Positions 44,601 through 51,847 of a stretch of DNA of 64,000 nucleotides are shown here, in pieces (positions within the stretch are counted from its first letter, which is position 1; each line of letters begins with the position of its first letter). The stretch covers positions 6,135-70,134 of the forward strand of contig CAZGGF010000276.1 in the NCBI GenBank assembly GCA_964524715.1, read 5' to 3'. The notes beneath the pieces were generated by a model that ran no database searches, was not told the DNA's origin, and was given only the letters and a program-made list of their open reading frames with translations. The stretch comes from an uncultured Verrucomicrobiota bacterium. GTDB taxonomy: Bacteria > Verrucomicrobiota > Verrucomicrobiia > CAIQCK01. The position numbers and the translations under genes are program-made.

Positions 44601-46059
44601 CCACGCGAAGATCGAGGTTGTTGGTCAAAAGCGAGCCACTGCCGCTGACCAGCACGCTGTTGTTGCTCGCGTAAGCCGTGCGACCAATATAGGTGTCGGT
44701 GTAAAATACCTGGCCCCCGTTGGTGATGGCCAAGCTATTGTAGGAGCCATTGTTGCCAACATACAGACCGCCACCGCCCCAGATGGCGCCACCTGTCACC
44801 ACCACGGCATTGTTACTGGCAACAATGCCATCGCCAATGTAGCCATTGGCATTCACCACCCAACCGCTGCTGGCAAGGGTCAGGCTGTTGGAAGATCCAT
44901 TCCAGCCGACCCACAGGTCACCACTGTTGGTCCATCCGGATCCGGTCCCGGTGACCAGCACCCTGTTGTTGTTGGCATTGGCGTCGCTACCGATTACAGC
45001 ATTGGCGCTGTAAACCATGCCACCGCTGGAAATGGTCAGGTTATTGAAGCAACCCGTCTCACCGACATACAGATCCAGAACATTGGACCAAATTGAGCCG
45101 CTGCCAGTAACCAACACCGAGTTGTAGTTGGCGGTGTAATCCTTGCCGATGGTGCCGTAGTTGTTGTAAACGACACCCCCGGCCGAGATGATCAGGTTGT
45201 TGCTGGTGGAACCGTTACCGAAGCCAATGACCAAATCCGCGGCATTGCTCCAAATCGAACCAGAACCGGTCACCACCACCAAGTTACTGCTCGAAGCACA
45301 AGTTCCATCATCGAAGCCAATAAAGCCGAAGTTATTGGACACCATGCCGCCATTTTCAATGATCAGGGTATTGCTGGACCCGTAACACCCCACGTAAAGG
45401 TCGGCGCTATTGCCCCAGATCGACCCGCTGCCACTGACGCGCACGGAGTTGTTGCTTGCTCCACCAGTGATCGGATCGGTGATGCCGATGTAGGCGTTAC
45501 CGCTATAGACCTGACCCCCGCTGTCAATCGTCAAGCTGTTGGCATAACCACAGTTGCCCACAAACAAGTCACCGCCGCTGTTGTCCCAAATCGAACCGGT
45601 GCCGGTGACCACCACGCGGTTGTTGTGGGACGAGACGTCGTTACCGATGATGCCGTTGTAATTGGTGACTGAGGCCCCGTTGGTGATGACCAGGCTGTTG
45701 TGTGACCCAACATTGCCAATGAACAAATATGAACTGAGATTCCACGTCGCACCCGAACCTCTCACAGTAACCAGGTTGTTGTCGGATCCACTCGCATTGC
45801 CGATGTACCCCATGATGACACCCACCAGCGTACCGGGCGCAGCAATGGTCAACCGGTTGTTGCTGTTAACATCGCCGATGTAAGCATCGGCAGTACCGTT
45901 ATCCAGCGCAGAGGTAATGGAATAAGAGCCGCTGTCGTCGATATTAACAGGAACGCTTGGCGTCGCGGCTTGCGCGGGCAAGGCGCAAACAAGCGCTGCC
46001 AGCAAGCCTCCCAGGGCCAGCCAGCACCAACCCCTTAAATGGATGCTTCTGACTTCCAT
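38677..46059 (-). CDS. Giant (2460 aa) PEP-CTERM-anchored surface repeat protein (autotransporter-associated beta-strand/PATR-like repeats)
   Basis: One uninterrupted 7.4-kb ORF with signal peptide MEVRSIHLRGWCWLALGGLLAALVCALPAQA. About 27 copies (eye count) of a 52-58-aa unit: NNsVlVtGsGSiWsN..dLyVG..GssNsLtI.nGG.V......IG. The C-terminus VPEPSSAALLLAGVGFAWNFRRRR is a PEP-CTERM sorting signal. Confidence 0.85.
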   Translation of the reverse strand: MEVRSIHLRGWCWLALGGLLAALVCALPAQAATPSVPVNIDDSGSYSITSALDNGTADAYIGDVNSNNRLTIAAPGTLVGVIMGYIGNASGSDNNLVTVRGSGATWNLSSYLFIGNVGSHNSLVITNGASVTNYNGIIGNDVSSHNNRVVVTGTGSIWDNSGGDLFVGNCGYANSLTIDSGGQVYSGNAYIGITDPITGGASNNSVRVSGSGSIWGNSADLYVGCYGSSNTLIIENGGMVSNNFGFIGFDDGTCASSSNLVVVTGSGSIWSNAADLVIGFGNGSTSNNLIISAGGVVYNNYGTIGKDYTANYNSVLVTGSGSIWSNVLDLYVGETGCFNNLTISSGGMVYSANAVIGSDANANNNRVLVTGTGSGWTNSGDLWVGWNGSSNSLTLASSGWVVNANGYIGDGIVASNNAVVVTGGAIWGGGGLYVGNNGSYNSLAITNGGQVFYTDTYIGRTAYASNNSVLVSGSGSLLTNNLDLRVGDFGSGNSLTIANSGRVVNGFGYIGAVDGASNNGAVVKGGSTWISTNGFAVGYAGAFNWLLITNGGVVISVTTGGVGVLSTASNNIALVSGSGSIWSNVSGFAVGYYGSDNQLMVNNGGLLVTTEATIGGDANATNNVVQVTGSSALWNGAVGYGSINIGEYGSYNKLTIANSGHVMSIYGDIGSESSASNNQVVIRDTGSAWISSDHIAVGSDGSFNRLIITNGGMALTSNGIIGATASASNNSALVSGIGSLWSNANSFVVGESGPGSSLTINDNGTVFAPYIFVGNSATSTGNTITVSGGNLHATNAAGTGTLEIRRGSLTFNSGTVTVNRLVVTNLANSVINFNGGMLNSGGSTINNSSLFRVGNGLSSATLHLLGGGHSFANGLFINTNAWLTGTGAITGAITVAGSIAPGDSAGTITVSGDMTLLSAALLQMQLAGTNASLFDQINITGTFNFGGTLTVLLDGYVPLMGDRFDLFDFSGSTGAFSTTNLPALSGALFWNTSLLYSIGEIYVDANGSTPLTNIINNITVNYPGSYMVGTNGAANGLIITNTGVLISSAGVVGNSQISTNNRAWVSTGSLWTNSGDLMVGATGSYNYLEIINTGRVVNSMGYIGYDASANYNSVLVSGTGSVWRSTNGFAVGYGGSYNSLIITNGGVVINTTTGGVGVFLGANNNTVLISGSGSVWSNGADFCVGLYGLGNRLTINNGGRLLTGDTSIGGESGATNNTVVVTGSGSLWCLTNGSGYLNIGENGSGNSLTISAGGQVMSTNSSIVSQIGSSNNSVVVTGSGSAWYNNSNLYVGNSGSGNSLTIANSGYVSSVKGAYIGYNDVANNNSVLVTGTNSTWELGKGTWVSGSYFQVGGSGSSNNLTIADGGKVKVETIDMVIGDAAGSRGNSVIVTGTNSSWQGATSTIYVGNSGSSNRLNISNGGQVSDFYTFIGFLASASNNSVLVSGAGSTLTVSRQVIVGSHGSGNSLMIENGATVTSWGGTIADQRGCNNSVLVTGTGSVWNLNRLADGDLYAGSWGPSNSLTIAAGGQVLNNRYGYIGYYDAQASNNLVLVTGSGSLWSSLSNIYVGYNGPQAQLIISSNGTVTAPWMVVGNGSTSTGNSINIYGGNLYVTNGAATATLEIARGALNFSGGVIVVDQIIATNNNASAANSYFRFNYGTLTTRGGSRIVAPNGSNFFVGATTNQTATWNILGGTNTVTVSASYATILGGVAGLTSIVSVTGAGTVWSNSGDLRVGAVSSGNQLIITNGGTVMSSMGFIGYGLGANSNSVLINNAVWRNTNGLGVGYGGSYNSLIVTNGGQVINSTTGGVGVLPGANYNTALISGSGSVWSNGGGFAVGLYGVGNRVTVNAGGLLVTADVSMGENTGANSNVVVVTGSGSVWSNRGDMTIGYATVGNQLVITNGGVVRTLGDFRLGTNASFLNSGTLYIGGDFQNAATNQSLNVFSGTNIFNGSSTGGTWTIQELEVASVFATAGLGGATNFYFGTVLIGDAASGSNAWVRLVDRQVNRTGSGNETFGASNVIIALAQSVLDLNNRTSFIWNLSNAGTILQTNANATGIVTRLDVVNTFTNAGTILVGNGSVLQFSNAFINAGIVNLLAGGVFTNFVAGGVLTNSSTGSIIGNGVIAALIRNDGIITATGGTLRLTAGFYGDALGTPVNAGVLRALGAGATLDVTQSFINTGTIAITNAAFTGLGLFNQNIVRIDNQSTATFNGTVTNAAGASIRVSNQSLIRFNGSVTNHGTLAFVNPSTAIITGTLMLGPSGVLSMPQTNNVLILRGNFLNGSTNRMDYNTRYGTIYVGGTTPLTGVGVTTNTFEVASTNRGVSFLGFDRNFAVGTLNITNHIEFVNNINNGGGLGTNEALYVDVLHLFNGATLKLSQLTIYVGIEFIYEDSNGTKVLKGAAGETINAANKDSYGLMNVYLTNGGQIVFVPEPSSAALLLAGVGFAWNFRRRRAHPSQN

Positions 46060-46090
46060 GTGTCGCTATCTGACTATTCCCGCCAAATCA

Positions 46091-46133
46091 CTCTAAAAAT
46101 AAGTCAAACGCCGAAACCCGGATGTTTCGGCGT
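46091..46133 (-). terminator. Intrinsic-terminator-like hairpin + U-tract in the 5' leader of the giant gene (candidate attenuator)
   Basis: Minus-sense RNA is ACGCCGAAAC-AUCCGG-GUUUCGGCGU (perfect 10-bp stem, 46108-46133) followed by UUGACUUAUUUUUAG (46107-46093). It ends about 31 nt upstream of the ATG at 46059. No upstream co-directional gene exists for it to terminate. Confidence 0.4.
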
Positions 46134-46277
46134 CCATGTAGTTCTATGCATTTGCTCGGGCGCGTTTTGGTTAAATACGAAAGGGCTTGTACACCCCCCC
46201 GGCGTGAATCGCAAGCCTCTAATAGATTACAAAATCGTGCGTTGACCACGCCGCTGCCTCCGGTATCATCCAGCACT

Positions 46278-47111
46278 ATGACCAAGGTTTCATCCAGCAG
46301 CACATCGTTGGCTATTGCCGTCATCGGTGGCGGCAAGATGGGAGCCGCTCTCGTCCAAGGCATTATCCGCGCCGGCGTGGCGGCGGCCAGGCATATTTGG
46401 GTGGCAGAACCCGCAGATGCCCTGCGCAATGCCCTCGCCAAGGATGCCAGTGTCAACGTCACCGCCGATAACGCCGCCGCAGCCAAAAACGCCAGCGTAG
46501 TCATCCTCGCCGTCAAGCCCGACATCATCCCGGCCGCGCTGGCACAGATCAAACCGGTTCTCACCAAGGACCACCTGCTGCTAAGCATCGCCGCCGGTGT
46601 CACGCTCTCCAAACTCGAAGCGGCGCTCCCGGCGGGCATGCGTGTCATCCGCGTCATGCCCAACACCCCCTCGCTGGTCGGCGCAGGGGCGGCTGGCTTT
46701 GCTCTCGGCGGCGCCGCCACGGCCACGGATGCTGCGCTCGCGCAGAAAATCCTCGGGGCGGTCGGCATCGCCGTTCAATTGCCGGAGAAGCTGCTCGATG
46801 CCGTCACCGGCCTCAGCGGCAGCGGACCCGCCTACATTTACATGGTGATCGAATCGCTCAGCGACGGCGGCGTGGCGATGGGCTTGCCGCGCGACGTTGC
46901 TACCCGGCTGGCGGCCCAGACAGTCCTTGGCGCAGCCAAAATGGTACTCGAAACCGGCCTGCACCCGGGCGTGCTCAAAGACCAGGTCACCTCGCCCGGC
47001 GGCACCACCATCGAAGGCATCCACGCGCTCGAAACCGGCAGCCTGCGCGCTACGTTCATGAAGGCCGTCAAAGCTGCCACAGAGAAATCGAAGCTCCTCG
47101 GCGCGAAGTAA
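46278..47111 (+). CDS. proC: Pyrroline-5-carboxylate reductase
   Basis: Start set at MTKVSSSSTSLAIAVIGGGKMGAALVQGI (46278). VILAVKP, RVMPNTP, SGSGPAY, SPGGTT. Confidence 0.88.
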   Translation: MTKVSSSSTSLAIAVIGGGKMGAALVQGIIRAGVAAARHIWVAEPADALRNALAKDASVNVTADNAAAAKNASVVILAVKPDIIPAALAQIKPVLTKDHLLLSIAAGVTLSKLEAALPAGMRVIRVMPNTPSLVGAGAAGFALGGAATATDAALAQKILGAVGIAVQLPEKLLDAVTGLSGSGPAYIYMVIESLSDGGVAMGLPRDVATRLAAQTVLGAAKMVLETGLHPGVLKDQVTSPGGTTIEGIHALETGSLRATFMKAVKAATEKSKLLGAK

Positions 47112-47139
47112 TCGCCGATTCGCGCGATACCGCAGGATA

Positions 47140-48873
47140 ATGAACTTCCGGCATTTCGCACACGCCGCCAGCCGCATCATCACGACCGAACGGGTCGGGC
47201 CGACGATTTACGACCTGTGCGACGAGCTGCTGCTGACGCCGTCGCCGTCGGTGGGAGATGCCCATCTGCGCCGTTTCTACAAAACCGCGATAGCCAACAT
47301 CGCGCTGCGTCCGGTCTTGAGCTGCGCCGGCTTGCCGCAACTGCAGGACCCAGCCCGCTTCCGCGCGTTGCAGGATGCGTTGCGGTCGGCGCGCGACGAC
47401 GCGTCGCCAGACTGGCGCGCCATCGGCCAGCCGCTTGCCGAGTTGCTCGATGAGTTTCCCCAATCGCATCCCAAACCGCCGTCAGTGCCGCCCCCAACCA
47501 AACCGGTTTCCCGCGAACGCGTGGATGGCATCATCCATGGCTGCGCGGCACACCTGCTCGGCTCGTTCGAGGCAAACGGTTTCATCCCCACTTACGCCGC
47601 GTTCAATCTCGTCGGCGACCCGGATGTGCGCGGGCGCGACCTGCTTGTGGCGCTCGACGGCCTGAATGCGCGCACCTACAAGAACGCGACGTTGATCTTC
47701 AACCTCGCCCGGGTCTTCTTCCTCGCCAATCCGCATGTGGCTGCGCTCATCAATCCGCCGTGGCACGGCATCGCCGAGATCATGTGGGCGCCGGTGCAAA
47801 TCCGCCACCGTGCCGCCTACTACGACGCGTTCTTCGCCGAGACGTTGATGGATTACCTCGACAGCGGTCTTGCCTCAACCGAAGAGGCAAAACAGGCGCG
47901 CGATGTGACCGACCAGATGATCAAGTTCTGCCTCGACATCAGCCAGGAACGCGTCCGGCTGCCAGGCGGCAAGGAATTCGACGTCGTCACTGCGCTCGTG
48001 CCGCCACCGCATTGCCGGATGAGCCGGTTCTTCTGGAAGATCAAGAGCGACCTCGGGTTCGGACTCTACGTACCGGATTGCGACACGACAGCGTGTTCGC
48101 TCTCGGCGGCCACACAGTTCGGGGCAAAACATCGGCTGCTTGACCAGCCGATGCCGGACTTCTACGCCGCGCACCAACTCGGCCATCTGAACCACCATCA
48201 TCCGGCAACCGTTCCCCTCAATGACAACATTGATTTCGATGGCGGCGTGGTGACGTGGATCGCGAATCTCGCGGGCGACAAGCCATTTGGCAACGACGTG
48301 GACCCGACGTTGAACCTCGACGTGCTGGAGGCCAGCTTCCGCAATCATGAGCGCTGGCAGATCGTCGAAAACCCGCAGCGGCTGGAAACACTGCGGCGCA
48401 TCATCCGTTTCCAAGACCGCCTCGCCGACACCGGCGCGTTCGCCAACCCACGCTCTCACATTTACTATCTGCCGGAACTCTACTGCGCCTACTTTGGCCG
48501 CTGCTACGCCGCGTTTCGCGCGCTGCCCGAGCCGAAGCGCAAGGCACTCGATCCCACCGACAGCTTCGAAATGATCCGCCGACAGGTGCTCGCTTACGTG
48601 CAGGACGAGCTGCTCACCATTGAAATCAACGCCTTCGACGCCGCACTGGCGTTGTTGGCGCTGGCGAAGCTCGGCGCGGAGCCGGCATCGTTTGAGCCCG
48701 CCCTGGCGTGCGTGGATCGTAGCTTTGGGGAAGGCGGTCGGCGCGCACCGTTCAAGGCCTACGAGTGGAACAAGATGAAGACGCCGACGCGCATCCTCGT
48801 CGGCAGTCCTGAGGTGACATCGGCGTTCGTGCTATCGGCGCTGGTCCATGCGCGGAAGCTAATGAAGAAGTGA
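47140..48873 (+). CDS. Hypothetical 577-aa protein; possible alpha/alpha-toroid (terpene cyclase/prenyltransferase-like) fold with DCDTTA motif
   Basis: Clean ORF 28 nt after proC. VPDCDTTACSLSAA (48076-48093) resembles the class II terpene cyclase DxDDTA and OSC DCTAE motifs. The rest is helix-rich. The fold call is a weak inference. Confidence 0.5.
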   Translation: MNFRHFAHAASRIITTERVGPTIYDLCDELLLTPSPSVGDAHLRRFYKTAIANIALRPVLSCAGLPQLQDPARFRALQDALRSARDDASPDWRAIGQPLAELLDEFPQSHPKPPSVPPPTKPVSRERVDGIIHGCAAHLLGSFEANGFIPTYAAFNLVGDPDVRGRDLLVALDGLNARTYKNATLIFNLARVFFLANPHVAALINPPWHGIAEIMWAPVQIRHRAAYYDAFFAETLMDYLDSGLASTEEAKQARDVTDQMIKFCLDISQERVRLPGGKEFDVVTALVPPPHCRMSRFFWKIKSDLGFGLYVPDCDTTACSLSAATQFGAKHRLLDQPMPDFYAAHQLGHLNHHHPATVPLNDNIDFDGGVVTWIANLAGDKPFGNDVDPTLNLDVLEASFRNHERWQIVENPQRLETLRRIIRFQDRLADTGAFANPRSHIYYLPELYCAYFGRCYAAFRALPEPKRKALDPTDSFEMIRRQVLAYVQDELLTIEINAFDAALALLALAKLGAEPASFEPALACVDRSFGEGGRRAPFKAYEWNKMKTPTRILVGSPEVTSAFVLSALVHARKLMKK

Positions 48874-49188
48874 AGGCCGCCCGCAGTCTCGTCGAAGCGT
48901 GCGTAGCTGGCGGCGCAAGAGATGGAGTTTGGACCGACGGTCAATCTCCACCGCGACATTGTTATCCTTGGTCGCGTGCGAGGTGAAGACCGCTGTGTCC
49001 TGCTGAACCACAAGGATACGTTCACATTGGACATGAACTGGAGCACCGGCATCGCCCGCTGCAACGGCACCACAGCGGTTGTTTCCACCTGCCGCCTCAG
49101 CCCCGCCTTTTGGGGATTCTTCCGGAAACTTCGTGGGTTTGCGGGCATCGGTTCTAGGGCGCATGGGCAAGGCGAGGCCAACAACGTA

Positions 49189-49244
49189 GGACAGGCGTCT
49201 CGCCTGTCCCATCAGCCATCGCGGGACAGGCAGGATGCCTGTCC
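49189..49244. repeat. Pair of REP-like palindromic hairpins (GGACAGGC-N3-GCCTGTCC type)
   Basis: GGACAGGCG-TCT-CGCCTGTCC (49189-49209) and GGACAGGCA-GGA-TGCCTGTCC (49224-49244) lie in a 590-bp non-coding gap. Confidence 0.6.
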
Positions 49245-49464
49245 TACTTCGCCGATCCCGCCAGCCGCGCGGCGTAAGTGAAAAATGAAGCGAGAGGAGG
49301 ACTGTCGCAGGCTTCTGGGGTAAGGCAAACCGACCCGGTGAGTCGGGGCGTTTGTTGTGAGAGACGCGTGCGGCTCGGCGGGACGCCTCGTCCCACGCCA
49401 CTTAAAATCCAAGCTGCTCGATTATCTTTCGCGTCTTTGGCGTGTCTCGCGGACGCATCGCCGC

Positions 49465-50220
49465 TCAGTTCCCCTTGTCGAGCCGCTTGACGCGGATATT
49501 GCGGTAGCGGACAAACTGCTTCGTAAAGTCACCGCCGCCGTGGACCTGCACACCGATGCTTCCTTTGTCGCCCAGCCGCTTCTCGGTTTCAGTCCACTCC
49601 ATGAATTTCACGCCCTTGATCCACGTGACGATGTGTGGCGGATTGCCAGTGATGCGGGCGCGCAGTTCCTGCCATGTGCCGTGACGCCAAAACTTCGCCC
49701 ATTCCTCCAACGCCATCGGAAACGCCACCGGCACCGGCACGCCTTTGTTCTCCGTCAGGATCGCGATCTTGTCCGGCGCGTTGATGAAACTGAAGTTGCG
49801 CACGCTCGGCTTGCCGCCGAGGCCTTCGCCGTAGATACCCATCAGGTTGCCGCCACCGTGATAATCAATCATCGCCTGATAACACTTGCCGTCCTCGGTG
49901 CTGCGCAGGAACAGGCCGCTGTCGGGGCCGAAATCGTTCTTCATCTCCAGCGCCACCTCGAAATCGCCAAATTGCTCGTCCGTGAGCAGGATGCCGCCGT
50001 TGCCGGGAATGTCCTGGCTGCCGGTGATCGCACCATCCTCCACCACCCATCGGCCGCCGGATTTGTTCTCGCTCTTGCGGCTGTGGCCCGTCTTCGCGCT
50101 CGCATGCCAACCCTTGAGCGTCTGGCCGTCAAAGAGGCTCTCAAACCCGGCATCCTCTGCCCTCGTCCAAACTGCCATGCAACAAATTGCCGCCACCAAG
50201 ATTGTCATTTGGCTTTTCAT
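49465..50220 (-). CDS. DUF1080 (3-keto-disaccharide hydrolase-like) domain protein, secreted
   Basis: Signal peptide present. FESLFDGQTLKGWH...GGRWVVEDGAITG...GGILLTDEQFGDFEVALEMK...DSGLFLRS...GSIGVQVHGGG...VRYRNIRVKRL. Confidence 0.8.
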   Translation of the reverse strand: MKSQMTILVAAICCMAVWTRAEDAGFESLFDGQTLKGWHASAKTGHSRKSENKSGGRWVVEDGAITGSQDIPGNGGILLTDEQFGDFEVALEMKNDFGPDSGLFLRSTEDGKCYQAMIDYHGGGNLMGIYGEGLGGKPSVRNFSFINAPDKIAILTENKGVPVPVAFPMALEEWAKFWRHGTWQELRARITGNPPHIVTWIKGVKFMEWTETEKRLGDKGSIGVQVHGGGDFTKQFVRYRNIRVKRLDKGN

Positions 50221-50303
50221 CTTCAGCCCGTCCTTTCTGTTCGTTGAAGAACTCTCAGTTTCATGATGCTAGCAGATTAATTGCTGCGTGAAAATGACAC
50301 TGT

Positions 50304-50313
50304 GTGACGTCAC
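50304..50313. promoter_or_regulatory. Perfect 10-bp palindrome GTGACGTCAC flanked by ATGACA/TGTCAT arms in divergent intergenic region
   Basis: GTGACGTCAC at 50304-50313, nested within aaATGACAc...aATGTCATcc (50293-50332). It lies between the DUF1080 (minus) and LamG (plus) genes. Confidence 0.25.
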
Positions 50314-50528
50314 CGACGTGGCGAATGTCATCCTTACGTCCGACGAGGGCATCGGACCGACAACGCTGGTCGAAATTAAACCTGCGTGTTCCCGCAAGGA
50401 ATCGCGGTTCCCGAAAAGGTTTGGAGGTATCAACCCACCTTCATCGGCTTGCCACGGTTTCCCCCTTGCGCCCCGCAACCTCATGGCGCAGAATCCCGGC
50501 CGAGGAACGAACAACTGAAAGGGGTTGT

Positions 50529-51623
50529 ATGAAGCGATTCATGTTGACGGTTGTTGCGGTGGTGCTGCTGGCAGCGGGTGGGCTGACGGGAGCAACAGAG
50601 AAACCCGCCGTGGAGAAGATTCTCACTGAAAGTGATACGCTATGGAAGGCGTTGTGGTCAATGACGCCCAGGCGCCAGGCCCCAAGCTGCACTCCCATCA
50701 CTTCCGCGGACCTGAAAACGCTGCCTGGGACGTGGGAGGGTATCGGCCATTGTTTTGGCGAGCCGAAAAAGGTGACGTTGAACATGAAATCGGACGGCAG
50801 TTGGACGTCGAGCTTTCGGCCCAGCGTAAAACGCGGTTACTGGTATCTGCGGAACGGCAAGATACAACTGTGGGAAGACGATGCGTTGAAAGGAGGAATG
50901 CCGGAAACATTCCTGTATCTTTGCGGAAAGGAATTGCGGCTTTTCACGGTCGATGAGCCGCGCTGCTATGTCCCGCTGGCTCGAACCGGATTGGTTCCCA
51001 CCAGCCGAATCGCGGCCAAGCAGAGCGTGCCCGCGCGAGAGATCCTTGTCCATCTGCCGTTGACGCAGGACATCGCGGACGCTTCGCGCAACCACGTGCC
51101 AGTGACCATCAAAGAAGTGACGATCCGCCATGGCGCGGCGTGGTTCTCGGGCAAGGGATCCTACATCACCCTGCCACATCAGCCGCTAAACGATCGGTCG
51201 TTTGCCATCGCCATGTGGGTAAAGCTTGAAGGCGATTCCCCCACATGCGGTTTGCTGGAGCAGAAAGCGGCGAACAAACCCCGCCAGCATCTGCATCTGA
51301 TGATTCGTGAAGGTCATCCTTATCTGGGATTTTACAATGGCGACCTCCGTGCTGATTCATACCTGAAACCCGCCGATGGCTGGACTCACCTCGTCTTTCA
51401 GTTCACCGGCAAGGAACAAGAAATCTGGGTCAATGACAAGTGTGTCGCCAGTTGTCCAGCCAGGACATTCGCCGGAACGACCGGCGATTTCGTCATCGGC
51501 AAGTCACCGCGATGGAGCAATGTACCCTCCGCCGATTTCCAAGGCGCTATGCGCCACATTCGAATCTACGGACGCGCCCTCAGCCCGGTGGAAATTGACA
51601 GCCTCGTCCGGGACCGGCGGTGA
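50529..51623 (+). CDS. Secreted LamG-like jelly-roll domain protein
   Basis: Start set at MKRFMLTVVAVVLLAAGGLTG (50529). FAIAMWVKLEG...WTHLVFQFTGKEQEIWVNDKCV...FQGAMRHIRIYGRALSPVEIDSL. Confidence 0.7.
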   Translation: MKRFMLTVVAVVLLAAGGLTGATEKPAVEKILTESDTLWKALWSMTPRRQAPSCTPITSADLKTLPGTWEGIGHCFGEPKKVTLNMKSDGSWTSSFRPSVKRGYWYLRNGKIQLWEDDALKGGMPETFLYLCGKELRLFTVDEPRCYVPLARTGLVPTSRIAAKQSVPAREILVHLPLTQDIADASRNHVPVTIKEVTIRHGAAWFSGKGSYITLPHQPLNDRSFAIAMWVKLEGDSPTCGLLEQKAANKPRQHLHLMIREGHPYLGFYNGDLRADSYLKPADGWTHLVFQFTGKEQEIWVNDKCVASCPARTFAGTTGDFVIGKSPRWSNVPSADFQGAMRHIRIYGRALSPVEIDSLVRDRR

Positions 51624-51663
51624 ACCGACGCATTCGTGGAACCAGTGATGGCGGAGGTCGTTG

Positions 51664-51735
51664 CCGGGAGCGCGGGTATCTTGCCCGCCGGTGTTGTTAA
51701 GGACACGTCGAGACAGGCACGATGCCCATGCTGCA
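51664..51735. repeat. Degenerate REP-like hairpins related to 49189-49244
   Basis: GCGGG-TATCTTG-CCCGC (51672-51688) and gACAGGCAcGATGCC (51712-51725) have the same word structure (GGCA-N3-TGCC) as the 49.2-kb elements. Confidence 0.3.
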
Positions 51736-51847
51736 AGGGCTGGTGAAAACCGCTTGTCGTCGCGTCCGCAGGTCGAAGGAAAGCTCGACAGAATCCCGCC
51801 TCACCACGTTTGCTTCTGTGTTCTCCGCGCCTCTGCGTTGAAATCCT

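Noticed and set aside
38677-46059. A regular ~160-bp periodicity that could superficially suggest a CRISPR-like or satellite array.
   Set aside because: The periodicity lies entirely within one uninterrupted ORF and corresponds to a 52-58-aa protein repeat with a conserved amino-acid consensus. There is no short identical-repeat/unique-spacer structure.
46194-46200. A C7 homopolymer in the proC/giant-gene intergenic region, considered as a phase-variation switch.
   Set aside because: It is short, non-coding, and not positioned between recognisable -35/-10 elements. There is no basis for a functional claim.
48859-49401. ORFs 48859-49401 (minus) and 48922-49281 (plus) in the gap after the 577-aa gene.
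   Set aside because: Both read through the REP-like hairpins and give low-complexity, Arg-rich peptides with no recognisable domain. I treat the region as non-coding, although a short real ORF in 48922-49080 cannot be excluded.
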